In this document: one piece after another, positions 32,848 through 42,535 of the stretch | How the letters are laid out: every line of letters starts with the position of its first letter | Numbering within the stretch: position 1 is the stretch's first letter | DNA from: Acidobacteria bacterium bin61 | GTDB lineage: Bacteria > Acidobacteriota > Vicinamibacteria > Marinacidobacterales > SMYC01 | Reading direction: 5' to 3' | Length of the DNA stretch: 64,000 nucleotides | Assembly (NCBI GenBank): GCA_963578475.1 | Contig: CAUZCL010000019.1 | Location: forward strand, 8,148-72,147 | Notes under the pieces: generated by a model | Told to the model about the DNA's origin: nothing | Databases searched by the model: none | Seen by the model: the letters and a program-made list of their open reading frames with translations, nothing else | Translations under genes and position numbers: made by a program

Positions 32848-34730
32848 AAGTAGATGTCCAGAAACTCGAGGATTTTCTCGACATAGGCCCAGGCCGCTTC
32901 CGGATGAAGATCGTGGCGATAGGTCCCTCGCACCTCGTCGCCGCGAAAGATGTACTCGAGCAGCGGATATTTCGGCCGCGCGCGGAGCGCATCGAAGAAC
33001 GGCCGCTTCGTTTCGTAGGGTACGAGCGGGTAAACCTGTCCGTGGAACGAAAGCAGGGGCGTCTCGATGGCGGCGACATCGCCGAGCGACGACAGTTGGC
33101 GATAGAGCTCGAGATTGCCCCGGAGCGGTCCGAGCTCGCGATCCAGGTAGCTCTGGCCTTCGCTATTCGTCTGGCGGTACAGTGCTTCGAGGTCCGGCAT
33201 CCCGATCGCTTCGACAGCGCAGGTAAAAAAGTCCGGGTAACGGGTGATGGCGGCGAGCGTCAGAAAGCCGCCATAGCTCACGCCCCAAATGCCGATGCGA
33301 TCGTTGCGCACTTCGGGCCGCGCGGTCACCGCGCGCGTGCCCGCGATCAAGTCTTCCAGGTCGCCTTGACCCCAAGCGCCGTCGTTCAAGTTCTCGAACA
33401 GAGCGCCGTAGCCCGTGCTCCCGCGGACATTGGGCGCGAAGACGGCGTAGCCGCGCTGCGTGAGAAGTTGCGCGAACGGATGCCAGCGATTCGTCCATTG
33501 CGAGGTCGGACCGCCATGGGGTCGCACGAGAACGGGAACGGGGCTCTCGGGCGTGGCACTCTCTGGAAGATAGAGAAAGCCCGTGATCTCATGATCATCG
33601 AAGCTCTTGAAACGAACGAGCTCCGGCCGCGCCATCCTCCGCACGTCGAGATCGGGAGGCAAGGTATCGCTCAGGCGCTCGCGCCCGCCTTCGATGGGAT
33701 AGGCCCAGACGTCTCGCGGGTAGTTATAGGCTTCGAAGAGACAGAGCACGGCCTTTCCGTCGGGGCGCCAAACCGGCTGCGAATGTACGCCGGCCCGTAG
33801 CGTGAGCGTTCTCTCCCTGTCCTTCTCGAAATCGTGCAGCTTGAGCCGAAGGTTCCCGTCGCGGTTCTCGATATAAGCGAGATAGTTTCCGTCCGGGCTA
33901 AACGCAGGCTCGGTGAGCTCGAATGCAGAATCGACGAGGAGCTCGGGTGTACCTCCGTCCTGTTTATTCGCAGAAATGACGTAGATGGCTTTTCGTCCGG
34001 ACGCGTCCGAAACGAACGCAATCCGAGCACGGTCGGGCGACCAACGCGGGCCGAAGCTGTCGCCTTGCCAATCGTCGGGAAGCAGCTCGATGAGCTCGCC
34101 GTCTTCGAGAGCCACGACGCCGACGGTGCGCTCGACGTGACGACCCGCGCGGAACGTCAACGCGAGGCGCGTACCGTCGGGAGACCATCGGTGATCGGCC
34201 TCGTCGAAAGGATGCTCCGTCAGCTGGCGCGCACGGCCTTCAGCCACGGTCGTCACCCACAGATCCCATCCCGTCTCGCTCGCCACCCGTTCACTCAAAA
34301 ACGCGATCTGCGACCCGTCAGGAGACCACCGCGGCTTTCGGTCCTGTCCGCGATGCCTCGTTATCTGCCGTGCGTTCTCGCCTTTTGGATCCGAGATGAA
34401 GATGTGCCATTGGTCGGCGCGGCTTCCGATGAACGCGATGCGCTCGCCGTCCGGAGACCAATCGATGTCGCGTTCTCCCATGCCTCGGCTCGTTGCGATG
34501 GGCGACCCCGCCGGGTCGCCTATCGTCATCATCCAAAGCGTTTGCTTGCCGGTGGCGGACAAGCTGAGCGCCACGGTCCCGCCATCAGGCGCTACGGCGA
34601 AATCCGAGGTCACCGGCGTCTTGAGGATATGAGGGATCGTCAGAAGCTCTTCGGGATAGATCAGTTCCACTGGACCTTGAGCGAGTGCTACGCCGCTCGC
34701 GAGGCAGAGCGCAAGAACCAAACGCGTCAT
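32844..34730 (-). CDS. S9 family peptidase with PD40 beta-propeller
   Basis: Signal peptide, WSPDG repeats, HGGP, NVRGSTGYG, GVSYGG nucleophile. Confidence 0.9.
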   Translation of the reverse strand: MTRLVLALCLASGVALAQGPVELIYPEELLTIPHILKTPVTSDFAVAPDGGTVALSLSATGKQTLWMMTIGDPAGSPIATSRGMGERDIDWSPDGERIAFIGSRADQWHIFISDPKGENARQITRHRGQDRKPRWSPDGSQIAFLSERVASETGWDLWVTTVAEGRARQLTEHPFDEADHRWSPDGTRLALTFRAGRHVERTVGVVALEDGELIELLPDDWQGDSFGPRWSPDRARIAFVSDASGRKAIYVISANKQDGGTPELLVDSAFELTEPAFSPDGNYLAYIENRDGNLRLKLHDFEKDRERTLTLRAGVHSQPVWRPDGKAVLCLFEAYNYPRDVWAYPIEGGRERLSDTLPPDLDVRRMARPELVRFKSFDDHEITGFLYLPESATPESPVPVLVRPHGGPTSQWTNRWHPFAQLLTQRGYAVFAPNVRGSTGYGALFENLNDGAWGQGDLEDLIAGTRAVTARPEVRNDRIGIWGVSYGGFLTLAAITRYPDFFTCAVEAIGMPDLEALYRQTNSEGQSYLDRELGPLRGNLELYRQLSSLGDVAAIETPLLSFHGQVYPLVPYETKRPFFDALRARPKYPLLEYIFRGDEVRGTYRHDLHPEAAWAYVEKILEFLDIYL

Positions 34731-35473
34731 GCGCCGATTGTACTTCTTTCGAGTTTCTCGATGACTTTCTTTACCGCGTCTTCGGGTGAAAGGGCGCTCG
34801 TCTCGACCGTGACGTCCGCCTCCGCGTAGAGCGGCTCACGCTCGAGCAGGAGCGTGCGCAGTTCGGCGAGTGGATCCGAGCGCCCGGCCATGGGCCGCTG
34901 GTCGCCCTGGGCGGCGACGCGCTCGAGGTGTTGCTCCGGTCGTGCTTTCAGCCAAACGGTTCGAGCATGGGCTTTCAGAAGCTCGTAGGTGGCGCGGCCG
35001 TGGACGAGGCTACCGCCGGTCGCGAGCACGCTGTCCTTGTCGGTCGTGACGAATCGTGACAGCACGTCGTGCTCGAGACGGCGATAGTAGCTTTCGCCGT
35101 GGAGCGCGAAGATCTCGGCGAGCCTGAGGCCTGCCTCCTCCTCGATGAGCTGGTCGAGCTCGACGAAAGTCGTGCCGAGCTCAGCGGCGAGCTGGGCACC
35201 AACAACGCTCTTGCCGGCGCCCCGCAGGCCGACGATCGCTATGATATGACGATGGTCTCCGAGCCGTACGAGCTCGTGAAGAGGCGCTCCGAGCACCCGA
35301 CCGAGCTCGTACAGCCTGAGGATAGAGATGTTGCCTTGGCCTGATTCGAGCTGCGAGATGTATCGCGGCGAGAGTCCGGCGAGCTCTGCAAGTCGTTGCT
35401 GGCTAAACCCTTTTCGAACACGACGCCCGCGAATCTGTTTCCCGAGCTCCTGCAGGATATGTCCAGCGTTCAT
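34727..35473 (-). CDS. boxR: Benzoyl-CoA-responsive repressor BoxR/BzdR (XRE HTH plus shikimate-kinase-like domain)
   Basis: RYISQLESGQGNISI HTH; GLRGAGKS, ATGGS, RVAAQGDQRPM; divergent from boxC. Confidence 0.9.
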   Translation of the reverse strand: MNAGHILQELGKQIRGRRVRKGFSQQRLAELAGLSPRYISQLESGQGNISILRLYELGRVLGAPLHELVRLGDHRHIIAIVGLRGAGKSVVGAQLAAELGTTFVELDQLIEEEAGLRLAEIFALHGESYYRRLEHDVLSRFVTTDKDSVLATGGSLVHGRATYELLKAHARTVWLKARPEQHLERVAAQGDQRPMAGRSDPLAELRTLLLEREPLYAEADVTVETSALSPEDAVKKVIEKLERSTIGA

Positions 35474-35476
35474 ATG

Positions 35477-35523
35477 TGTATTATAATACATGTAATTGTA
35501 ACTAAACAAGTAGTATAATACTT
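35477..35523. promoter_or_regulatory. Two palindromic putative BoxR operators in the divergent promoter
   Basis: TGTATTATAATACA (35477-35490, perfect) and AAGTAGTATAATACTT (35508-35523, one mismatched pair). Each contains TATAAT. Confidence 0.75.
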
Positions 35524-35539
35524 ATTTGCGGAGGGATTA

Positions 35540-37177
35540 ATGGAACGTATTCAGTTCGAGACGGATCCGGGACGCTACAAGCACTTCAAGTTGTCCTTCG
35601 ATGGTCCTATCGCGACATTGATGCTCGACGTTCAGGAAGATGGTGGTTTGAAGCCGGGCTATCAGCTGAAGCTGAACAGCTACGACTTGAGCGTCGATAT
35701 CGAGCTCGCGGACGCGCTCGAGCGGCTTCGCTTCGAGCACCCAGAGGTGAAGTGCTGCGTCATCACGAGCGGCAAGGATCGGGTCTTTTCCGCCGGCGCC
35801 AACATCTATATGCTCGCGAGCTCGGCGCATAGTTTCAAAGTTAACTTCTGCAAGTACACCAACGAGACGCGTCTCGGGATGGAAGAATCGAGCCGCGATG
35901 GCGGGCAGAAATTTCTCGCTGCGCTCAACGGCATCACATCAGGGGGCGGCTATGAGCTCGCGCTCGCCGCGGATGAGATTCTTCTCGTCGACGACGGCAA
36001 CGCGGCGGTCGCGCTTCCGGAAGCGCCGCTTCTCGCGGTCCTGCCAGGTACGGGTGGGCTTACGCGGCTCGTCGACAAGCGTGGGGTACGCCGTGATCGT
36101 GCGGACGTTTTCTCGACGCTCGTCGAAGGCATCAAAGGCAAGCGTGCCGTAGAGTGGAGGTTGGTCGACGGTCTCGCCGCTCGCAGCAAATTCGACGAGG
36201 CCAAACGCGTCCGCGCGGAAGCACTCGCGGCGACCTCTACGAGAAATGCGAGTGGTCCCGGCATCGAGCTGAAGCCGCTCGACGCCAAGCGCTCGGAGAG
36301 TGTTCTCGAATATAGCACCGTCAGCGTGAGCATCGACCAGGCGTCACGGCACGTCGAGATCCTCGTCCGCGGCCCCGAAGGCGACCAGCCGCAGACGACC
36401 GAAGCGTTCAAAGCACTAGGTGTCGATTACTGGCCGCTCGCGATGGCGCGTGAGCTCGATGACGCGATCTGCCAGCTTCGCTTCAACTACGCGACTTGCG
36501 GTCTCCTAATTTTGAAGACCCAGGGCGACGCGGACGCGGTGCTCGCTGTCGACAAGACGCTCAGCGACAACGCGGACGATTGGCTCGTGAAGGAAATTCT
36601 TTTGAAGATGCGCCGCACTTTCAAACGTCTCGACCAGACGGCGCGGAGCCTTTTTGCGCTCATCGAGCCCGGCTCGTGCTTCGTGGGAAGCCTTCTCGAA
36701 ATCGCCCTCGCCGCCGATCGCAGCTACATGTTGGCCGACCCCACGAAACCCGTACATATTGGACTCGGGCCTCTAAATAAAGAATGGTTTCCCAAGGCCA
36801 ACGGGCTTTCCCGCCTCGAGACACGGTTTCTCGGGGAGCCGGAAACGCCCGCAAAGGCACTTGCGCATGACGGGCTCATCGATCCAACCGCGGCGATGGA
36901 GCTCGGTCTCGTGACTTTCGCGCCGGACGATCTCGATTGGGAAGACGAAGTACGCATCGCGATCGAGGAGCGCTGCGGTTTCTCGCCGGACGCGATGACC
37001 GGCATGGAAGCCTCTTTGCGTTTCGCCGGTAGGGAGACGATGGAGACAAAAATTTTTGGTCGCCTGACGGCTTGGCAGAATTGGATTTTCCAGCGCCCCA
37101 ATGCCGTAGGCGAAAAAGGGGCGCTCACGCTCTACGGCAAGCCGAGCATGCCCGAGTTCGACTGGAGGAGAACCTGA
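35540..37177 (+). CDS. boxC: 2,3-epoxybenzoyl-CoA dihydrolase
   Basis: LKLNSYDLSVDIEL.DAL.RLRFEHPEV, FKVNFCKYTNETR, ETKIFGRLTAWQNWIFQRPNA. Confidence 0.96.
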   Translation: MERIQFETDPGRYKHFKLSFDGPIATLMLDVQEDGGLKPGYQLKLNSYDLSVDIELADALERLRFEHPEVKCCVITSGKDRVFSAGANIYMLASSAHSFKVNFCKYTNETRLGMEESSRDGGQKFLAALNGITSGGGYELALAADEILLVDDGNAAVALPEAPLLAVLPGTGGLTRLVDKRGVRRDRADVFSTLVEGIKGKRAVEWRLVDGLAARSKFDEAKRVRAEALAATSTRNASGPGIELKPLDAKRSESVLEYSTVSVSIDQASRHVEILVRGPEGDQPQTTEAFKALGVDYWPLAMARELDDAICQLRFNYATCGLLILKTQGDADAVLAVDKTLSDNADDWLVKEILLKMRRTFKRLDQTARSLFALIEPGSCFVGSLLEIALAADRSYMLADPTKPVHIGLGPLNKEWFPKANGLSRLETRFLGEPETPAKALAHDGLIDPTAAMELGLVTFAPDDLDWEDEVRIAIEERCGFSPDAMTGMEASLRFAGRETMETKIFGRLTAWQNWIFQRPNAVGEKGALTLYGKPSMPEFDWRRT

Positions 37178-37178
37178 G

Positions 37179-38582
37179 ATGGAGCTTCATGAGAAAATCC
37201 CGAACAACGTAAACCTGTCGAGCGATCCCAAGCTCAAGCGTGCGCTCGAGAATTGGCAGCCCAACTATGTCGACTGGTGGATGGAGATGGGCCCCGAAGG
37301 TTTCCAAAGCGATGATGTTTATCTTCGGACGGCCATCTCGGTCGATCCGGGCGGTTGGGCGCATTACGACTACGTGAAGATGCCCGACTATCGTTGGGGG
37401 CTCTTCCTGACGCCTCCGGAAGAGGATCGCAAGATCGGCTTCGGGGATCACGAGGGCGAGCCCGTTTGGCAGGAAGTTCCTGGTGAGTTACGTACCCAGC
37501 TGCGCCGACTCATCGTGACTCAAGGCGATACCGAGCCCGCGAGCGTCGAGCAGCAGCGCCTGCTCGGCAAGACAGCGCCGAGTCTCTACGACCTGCGCAA
37601 TCTCTTTCAAGTCAACGTCGAGGAAGGCCGCCACCTTTGGGCGATGGTCTACCTCCTCCACTCCTATTTCGGGAGGGATGGTCGCGAAGAGGCGGAGGGC
37701 CTGCTCGCGCGCCGGAGCGGCAACGAGGACAAACCTCGCATTCTCGGTGCCTTCAACGAGCCGTGTGACGACTGGCTCAATTTTTTCATGTTCACCATGT
37801 TCACCGATCGCGACGGAAAATATCAGCTTCTCGCCCTCGCGGAGAGCGGGTTCGACCCGCTCTCTCGCACGACCAAGTTCATGCTGACGGAAGAGGCGTT
37901 TCATATGTCGGTGGGGGAGACGGGAGTCGGCCGCATCGTCGAGCGAACGGCGCAGCTCATGCGCGGGCACGGCGACGACGTGCGCGCCCATGGCGGAATC
38001 GATCTTCCGACCATCCAGAAATATTTGAACTTCTGGGTGAGCGCTTCGACGGATCTCTTCGGCGGTGAAGTCTCGACGAACGCGGCGCAGTACTTTGCCA
38101 CGGGAGTCAAAGGCCGCCATCGCGAAGACCGCTATGACGAGCACAAATGTCTCGACAGCTTCTACCAGATGGAGCTCGTGAAAGACGGGAAGATCGTTCA
38201 GGAAGAGATCCCGATGCGCAACGCCATGAACGAAGTGTTGCGCGACGACTATGTCGAAGATTGCGAGCGCGGGGTCAAGCGTTGGAACAAAACCCTCGAA
38301 GATGCCGGCATCTCCGATCGACTGACCATGCCTCACCGGCGCTTCAACCGTCAAATCGGCGCCTATTCGGACCATTTCTTCAATCTGAAGGGCGAGCTCA
38401 TCTCGGCGGAGGCTTTTCAGGACAGCAAAGAGCTGTGGCTTCCCGCAGATGACGATCGCGCCTATATCGAGACCCTGATGGTCGCGGTGGACGAGCCGGG
38501 GCAGATTGCCAATTGGATAGCGCCCCCGAAATCGGGCGTGAAGGGTCAACTGTTCGAGTTCGAATATGTGAGAAAAGCGTGA
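37179..38582 (+). CDS. boxB: Benzoyl-CoA 2,3-epoxidase subunit B
   Basis: KIPNNVNL, QGDTEPASVEQQ, VNVEEGRHLW, DRDGKYQL, LTEEAFH di-iron motifs. Confidence 0.97.
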   Translation: MELHEKIPNNVNLSSDPKLKRALENWQPNYVDWWMEMGPEGFQSDDVYLRTAISVDPGGWAHYDYVKMPDYRWGLFLTPPEEDRKIGFGDHEGEPVWQEVPGELRTQLRRLIVTQGDTEPASVEQQRLLGKTAPSLYDLRNLFQVNVEEGRHLWAMVYLLHSYFGRDGREEAEGLLARRSGNEDKPRILGAFNEPCDDWLNFFMFTMFTDRDGKYQLLALAESGFDPLSRTTKFMLTEEAFHMSVGETGVGRIVERTAQLMRGHGDDVRAHGGIDLPTIQKYLNFWVSASTDLFGGEVSTNAAQYFATGVKGRHREDRYDEHKCLDSFYQMELVKDGKIVQEEIPMRNAMNEVLRDDYVEDCERGVKRWNKTLEDAGISDRLTMPHRRFNRQIGAYSDHFFNLKGELISAEAFQDSKELWLPADDDRAYIETLMVAVDEPGQIANWIAPPKSGVKGQLFEFEYVRKA

Positions 38583-39364
38583 TGGCGCTCGTGAACGATT
38601 CACGACAGGACGGCGTGGCTCTCCTCGAGCTCGACGCCCCGCCCGCCAATACTTACAGCTACGAGATGATGCAGGAGCTCGACCGCGCGCTTCTCGCCGC
38701 GCGCATGGATGACAGCGTGCACGTTATCGTGCTGACCGGCGCAGGGGAGAAGTTTTTCTGCGCCGGTGCGGACATCAAGATGCTCAACGAAGCGGCGCCG
38801 AGCTTCAAGTATTATTTTTGCCTCCACGCGAACGAAACGCTGAACCGCTTCGAGCAAACGCCCAAGCTCGTCATCGCGGCCTTGAACGGCCACACGGTAG
38901 GCGGCGGGCTCGAGTTAGCGCTCGCGGCCAATTTGCGGGTCACGAAGAAAGACGGCGGAAAAATTGGACTTCCGGAAGTGCAGCTCGGTGTGCTGCCAGG
39001 CACGGGCGGCACTCAGCGCCTCGCACGTCTTCTCGGGCGCTCCCGCGCTATCGAGCTCATGGCGACAGGGAAGCTCATGAGCTTCGACGAAGCGAAGACG
39101 ATCGGCATGGTGAACGAGGTCTTCGACGGAGACGGTTTCCGCGCACAGGTCAAGGATTACGCGGCGCAGTTCGTGCCGCCCGGCCGGGCCTCGAAAGCCG
39201 TGGGCCACATCAAGCGCGCCGTCTGTTCGGGACTCGAGATGCCCTTTTCAGAAGGTCTTGCGCTCGAGCGTGAGCTGCAGCAACACCTGTTCGCCTCGAA
39301 CGATGCCAAAGAGGGGATCGCCGCGCATCTCGAGAAACGCAAGCCAGAATTCAAGGGTAACTAA
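38582..39364 (+). CDS. Enoyl-CoA hydratase/isomerase family protein
   Basis: PPANTY, FCAGADI, GGGLELAL, GLPEVQLGVLPGTGGTQRL. Confidence 0.92.
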   Translation: MALVNDSRQDGVALLELDAPPANTYSYEMMQELDRALLAARMDDSVHVIVLTGAGEKFFCAGADIKMLNEAAPSFKYYFCLHANETLNRFEQTPKLVIAALNGHTVGGGLELALAANLRVTKKDGGKIGLPEVQLGVLPGTGGTQRLARLLGRSRAIELMATGKLMSFDEAKTIGMVNEVFDGDGFRAQVKDYAAQFVPPGRASKAVGHIKRAVCSGLEMPFSEGLALERELQQHLFASNDAKEGIAAHLEKRKPEFKGN

Positions 39365-39376
39365 CGAGGAGAGGTC

Positions 39377-40561
39377 GTGAACAAAAGTATCGTTATTGCG
39401 GGCGCTGCTAGAACCCCCATCGGAAAGTTCGGCGGTAGTATGAAGTCTCTCCAAGCTTCTGACCTCGGCGTCGCCGCAGTCAAGGGGGTGCTCGAAAAAA
39501 GCGGCGTCCCCGGAGATGCTGTCGACGAAGTGATTTTCGGAAACGGTCGTCAGGCAGGGGTCCGCCCAAACGTCGCGCGCCAAGTCGCTTACCGCGCGGG
39601 CCTCGGAGAAGGAACCCCCGCCTACACCATCAACAAAGCGTGCGGCTCGAGCCTCAAAGCTGTCATCAACGCTTATGGCGCCATAGCACTCGGCGACGCG
39701 GAGGTCGTGCTGGCGGGCGGCACCGAGAGCATGAGCAATACGCCCTACATGCTTCTCGACGCTCGTTGGGGCCATAAGCTCGACCATTCGGAGATTACCG
39801 ATGGGATGTACCGCGACGGCTTCCTCTGCCCTCTTTGTGAGGAGCTCATGGGCGAGACCGCGGAAAAATTGGTCGACAAGTACGGCATCACGCGTGAAGA
39901 GACGGACCGTTACGCGATGGAGACGCAGCGCCGCTGTCAGGCGGCGCGCGAAGCCGGTCGCTTCGCCGACGAGATCGTGCCCATCGAAGTGCCCGCGCGC
40001 AAAGGAGCGGTCCGAGTGCTCGAAACGGACGAGCACCCGAGAGACGGCGTCACGATGGAAAGCCTCGCAAAGCTGAAGCCGGTCTTTCGGAAGGACGGAA
40101 CGGTTCATGCCGGCAACGCCTCCGGCATTACCGACGGCGCCGCCGCGATGATGGTGCTGAGCGAGGACAAAGCCGAGGCGCTCGGTGTCGAGCCGATGGC
40201 GCGCATCGTTGCCTACAGCTCGGCCGGCGTCGACCCTGCCATCATGGGCATCGGCCCCGTTCCCGCGATCCGAAAACTTCTGAAAAAGACGGAGCTCACG
40301 CTCGACGACATCGATCTCATCGAGCTCAACGAGGCTTTCGCCGCGCAAGTGCTCGCGTGCCAGCGCGTCCTCGACCTCGACCTCAATCGACTGAACGTGA
40401 ACGGCGGCGCCATCGCACTCGGGCATCCTATCGGGGCCACGGGAGCGCGCGTCCTCGTCACCCTCATGCACGAGATGCGGCGGCGTAAGGCCAAGCGCGG
40501 GATCGCGACCCTTTGCATCAGCGGCGGCATGGGCCTCGCCTTGCTCGTGGAGGCGTTGTAG
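39377..40561 (+). CDS. Acetyl-CoA C-acyltransferase (thiolase)
   Basis: NKACGS, ELNEAFA, GHPIGATG, LCISGGMG. Confidence 0.95.
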   Translation: MNKSIVIAGAARTPIGKFGGSMKSLQASDLGVAAVKGVLEKSGVPGDAVDEVIFGNGRQAGVRPNVARQVAYRAGLGEGTPAYTINKACGSSLKAVINAYGAIALGDAEVVLAGGTESMSNTPYMLLDARWGHKLDHSEITDGMYRDGFLCPLCEELMGETAEKLVDKYGITREETDRYAMETQRRCQAAREAGRFADEIVPIEVPARKGAVRVLETDEHPRDGVTMESLAKLKPVFRKDGTVHAGNASGITDGAAAMMVLSEDKAEALGVEPMARIVAYSSAGVDPAIMGIGPVPAIRKLLKKTELTLDDIDLIELNEAFAAQVLACQRVLDLDLNRLNVNGGAIALGHPIGATGARVLVTLMHEMRRRKAKRGIATLCISGGMGLALLVEAL

Positions 40562-40574
40562 TCTCGGCTTCGAC

Positions 40575-41390
40575 ATGAGCTGGGATCACATCGAGCTCGC
40601 GATTCAGGACACCGACACCGGCATCGGCGCGGGCCGTATCGCCACCATTACTCTGAATCGACCCGAGGCGTTGAACGCTTTGTCCGGCTCGATGCGCGAG
40701 GATCTGCTCGCGGCTATCGACGAAGCCGCGACCAAAGCGCGTGTCTTGCTCCTCACCGGTCGCGGCAAAGCTTTTTGTAGCGGCGGTGACGTGCGATTCA
40801 TGGCGAAGCTACGACGCGAGAGCCGGCCGGAAGTGCTCGCGCCTCTCATCGAGCAAGGAAAGCGCGTCGTACGGCGGTTGCGCGATCTGCCCATCCCAAG
40901 CGTCGCCTGCGTGAACGGTGTGGCGGCCGGCGCGGGGTTTGGCCTCGCGCTCGCCCGCGACCTTCGCATCGCGTCGGCCACCGCGCGATTCGCGGCCAGT
41001 TTTTCACGGATAGGACTTCACCCCGACTGGGGAACGTCCTATTTTTTGACGCGGCTCGCCGGCGCCGCCGTTGCGCGTGAGCTCATCTTTACGGGCCGGC
41101 TCATCGATGCCGCGGAAGCGTCGCGTCTCGGTCTCGTGAACCGCGTCGTCGAACCGGAGGCCCTCGCGAAGGAGAGCCGGGAGCTCGCGGAGGAGCTTGC
41201 CGCCGCGGCCCCTCTTTCCATCCAATACGCCAAGAAAGCCGTAGCACTCGCCGAAGGAGGATCTCTCGACGAGGTTCTCGACTTCGAGTCCGAGGCTCAG
41301 CTTGCTTGCTTTCGATCGGACGACGCCCTCGAAGGAATCCAGGCCTTCGAGGAGAAGAGGCGTCCGCGATTCAAGGGGAACGCGTCATGA
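40575..41390 (+). CDS. Enoyl-CoA hydratase/isomerase (PaaG-like)
   Basis: LNRPEALNA, FCSGGD, AAGAGFGLAL, IGLHPDWG. Confidence 0.88.
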   Translation: MSWDHIELAIQDTDTGIGAGRIATITLNRPEALNALSGSMREDLLAAIDEAATKARVLLLTGRGKAFCSGGDVRFMAKLRRESRPEVLAPLIEQGKRVVRRLRDLPIPSVACVNGVAAGAGFGLALARDLRIASATARFAASFSRIGLHPDWGTSYFLTRLAGAAVARELIFTGRLIDAAEASRLGLVNRVVEPEALAKESRELAEELAAAAPLSIQYAKKAVALAEGGSLDEVLDFESEAQLACFRSDDALEGIQAFEEKRRPRFKGNAS

Positions 41391-42535
41391 TTGATTTCGG
41401 TTTGAGTGAAGAGCAACAGCAATTTCGCGACCTCGCGCACGAGTTCGCCGAGAAGGAAATTGCGCCGCACGCCGCGCATCACGACGAGACCGGAGAATAT
41501 CCGACAGAGATTTGCCGGAAGGCGTGGGAGCTCGGCCTCATGAACACCCATATTCCCGAAGAATATGGGGGCTTGGGGCTCGGCGTTCTCGAAGGCTGCC
41601 TCATCTCCGAGCAAGTGGCTTGGGGGTGCAGCGGGATCGGCACGGCGATGGAGGCCAATACGCTCGCCGAAGGACCCATCATCGTCGCGGGAACCGATGA
41701 GCAGAAAAGGAAATGGCTCACCCCGTTGACGAAAGAGTTCCTGCTCTCGGCCTATTGCGTGACCGAGCCGGATGCCGGGAGCGACGTTCAGGGTATCAAG
41801 ACGACGGCGAAACGCCACGGCAACGACGACGTCTACATCCTCAATGGCAGCAAGATGTGGATCACGAATGGCGGCGTCGCGAGCTGGTACTTCGTCGTCG
41901 CCTATACGGATCCCGAGAAGCGCTATCGTGGCATGAGCGCTTTCATCGTACCCAGAGACTCGGAAGGTGTTTCTGTCGGAAAGAAAGAGAACAATCTAGG
42001 CCAACGTGCCTCGGACACGCGCGCCGTGAGCTTTCAAGACGTGAAGGTCCCCGCCGCGAACCGCATCGGCGAAGAAGGGGATGGTTGGCGCGCCGCGATG
42101 GCGGCCTTCGACCACTCGCGCCCCGTCGTTGCCTCCGCCGCGGTCGGTCTCGCGCAATCCGCCTACGATCACGCGGTCGCCTACGCGAGAGAACGCAAGA
42201 CTTTCGGCGTGCCGATCTATCAGCACCAATCGATCGGCTTCATGATTGCCGACATGGCCGTCGCGATTCAGGCGGCCCGCCTACTCGTGTGGGAATCAGC
42301 GTGGGCGATCGACCAGGGAAAGCGGAACACGAAGCAGGCCGCCTTCGCGAAGCTCTTCGCCGCCGATACGGCGGTAAAGGTGGCGACCGATGCCGTTCAA
42401 GTTTTTGGCGGCAACGGGTTCAGCAAAGAATATCCCGTCGAAAAACTCTATCGCGACGCGAAGATCTACCAAATCTACGAAGGCACGAGCCAAATCCAGC
42501 GCCTCATCGTCCAAAAAGAAATCTTCGACCGCTAG
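41387..42535 (+). CDS. Acyl-CoA dehydrogenase (MCAD-like)
   Basis: [44 protein letters not shown]. Confidence 0.94.
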   Translation: MIDFGLSEEQQQFRDLAHEFAEKEIAPHAAHHDETGEYPTEICRKAWELGLMNTHIPEEYGGLGLGVLEGCLISEQVAWGCSGIGTAMEANTLAEGPIIVAGTDEQKRKWLTPLTKEFLLSAYCVTEPDAGSDVQGIKTTAKRHGNDDVYILNGSKMWITNGGVASWYFVVAYTDPEKRYRGMSAFIVPRDSEGVSVGKKENNLGQRASDTRAVSFQDVKVPAANRIGEEGDGWRAAMAAFDHSRPVVASAAVGLAQSAYDHAVAYARERKTFGVPIYQHQSIGFMIADMAVAIQAARLLVWESAWAIDQGKRNTKQAAFAKLFAADTAVKVATDAVQVFGGNGFSKEYPVEKLYRDAKIYQIYEGTSQIQRLIVQKEIFDR

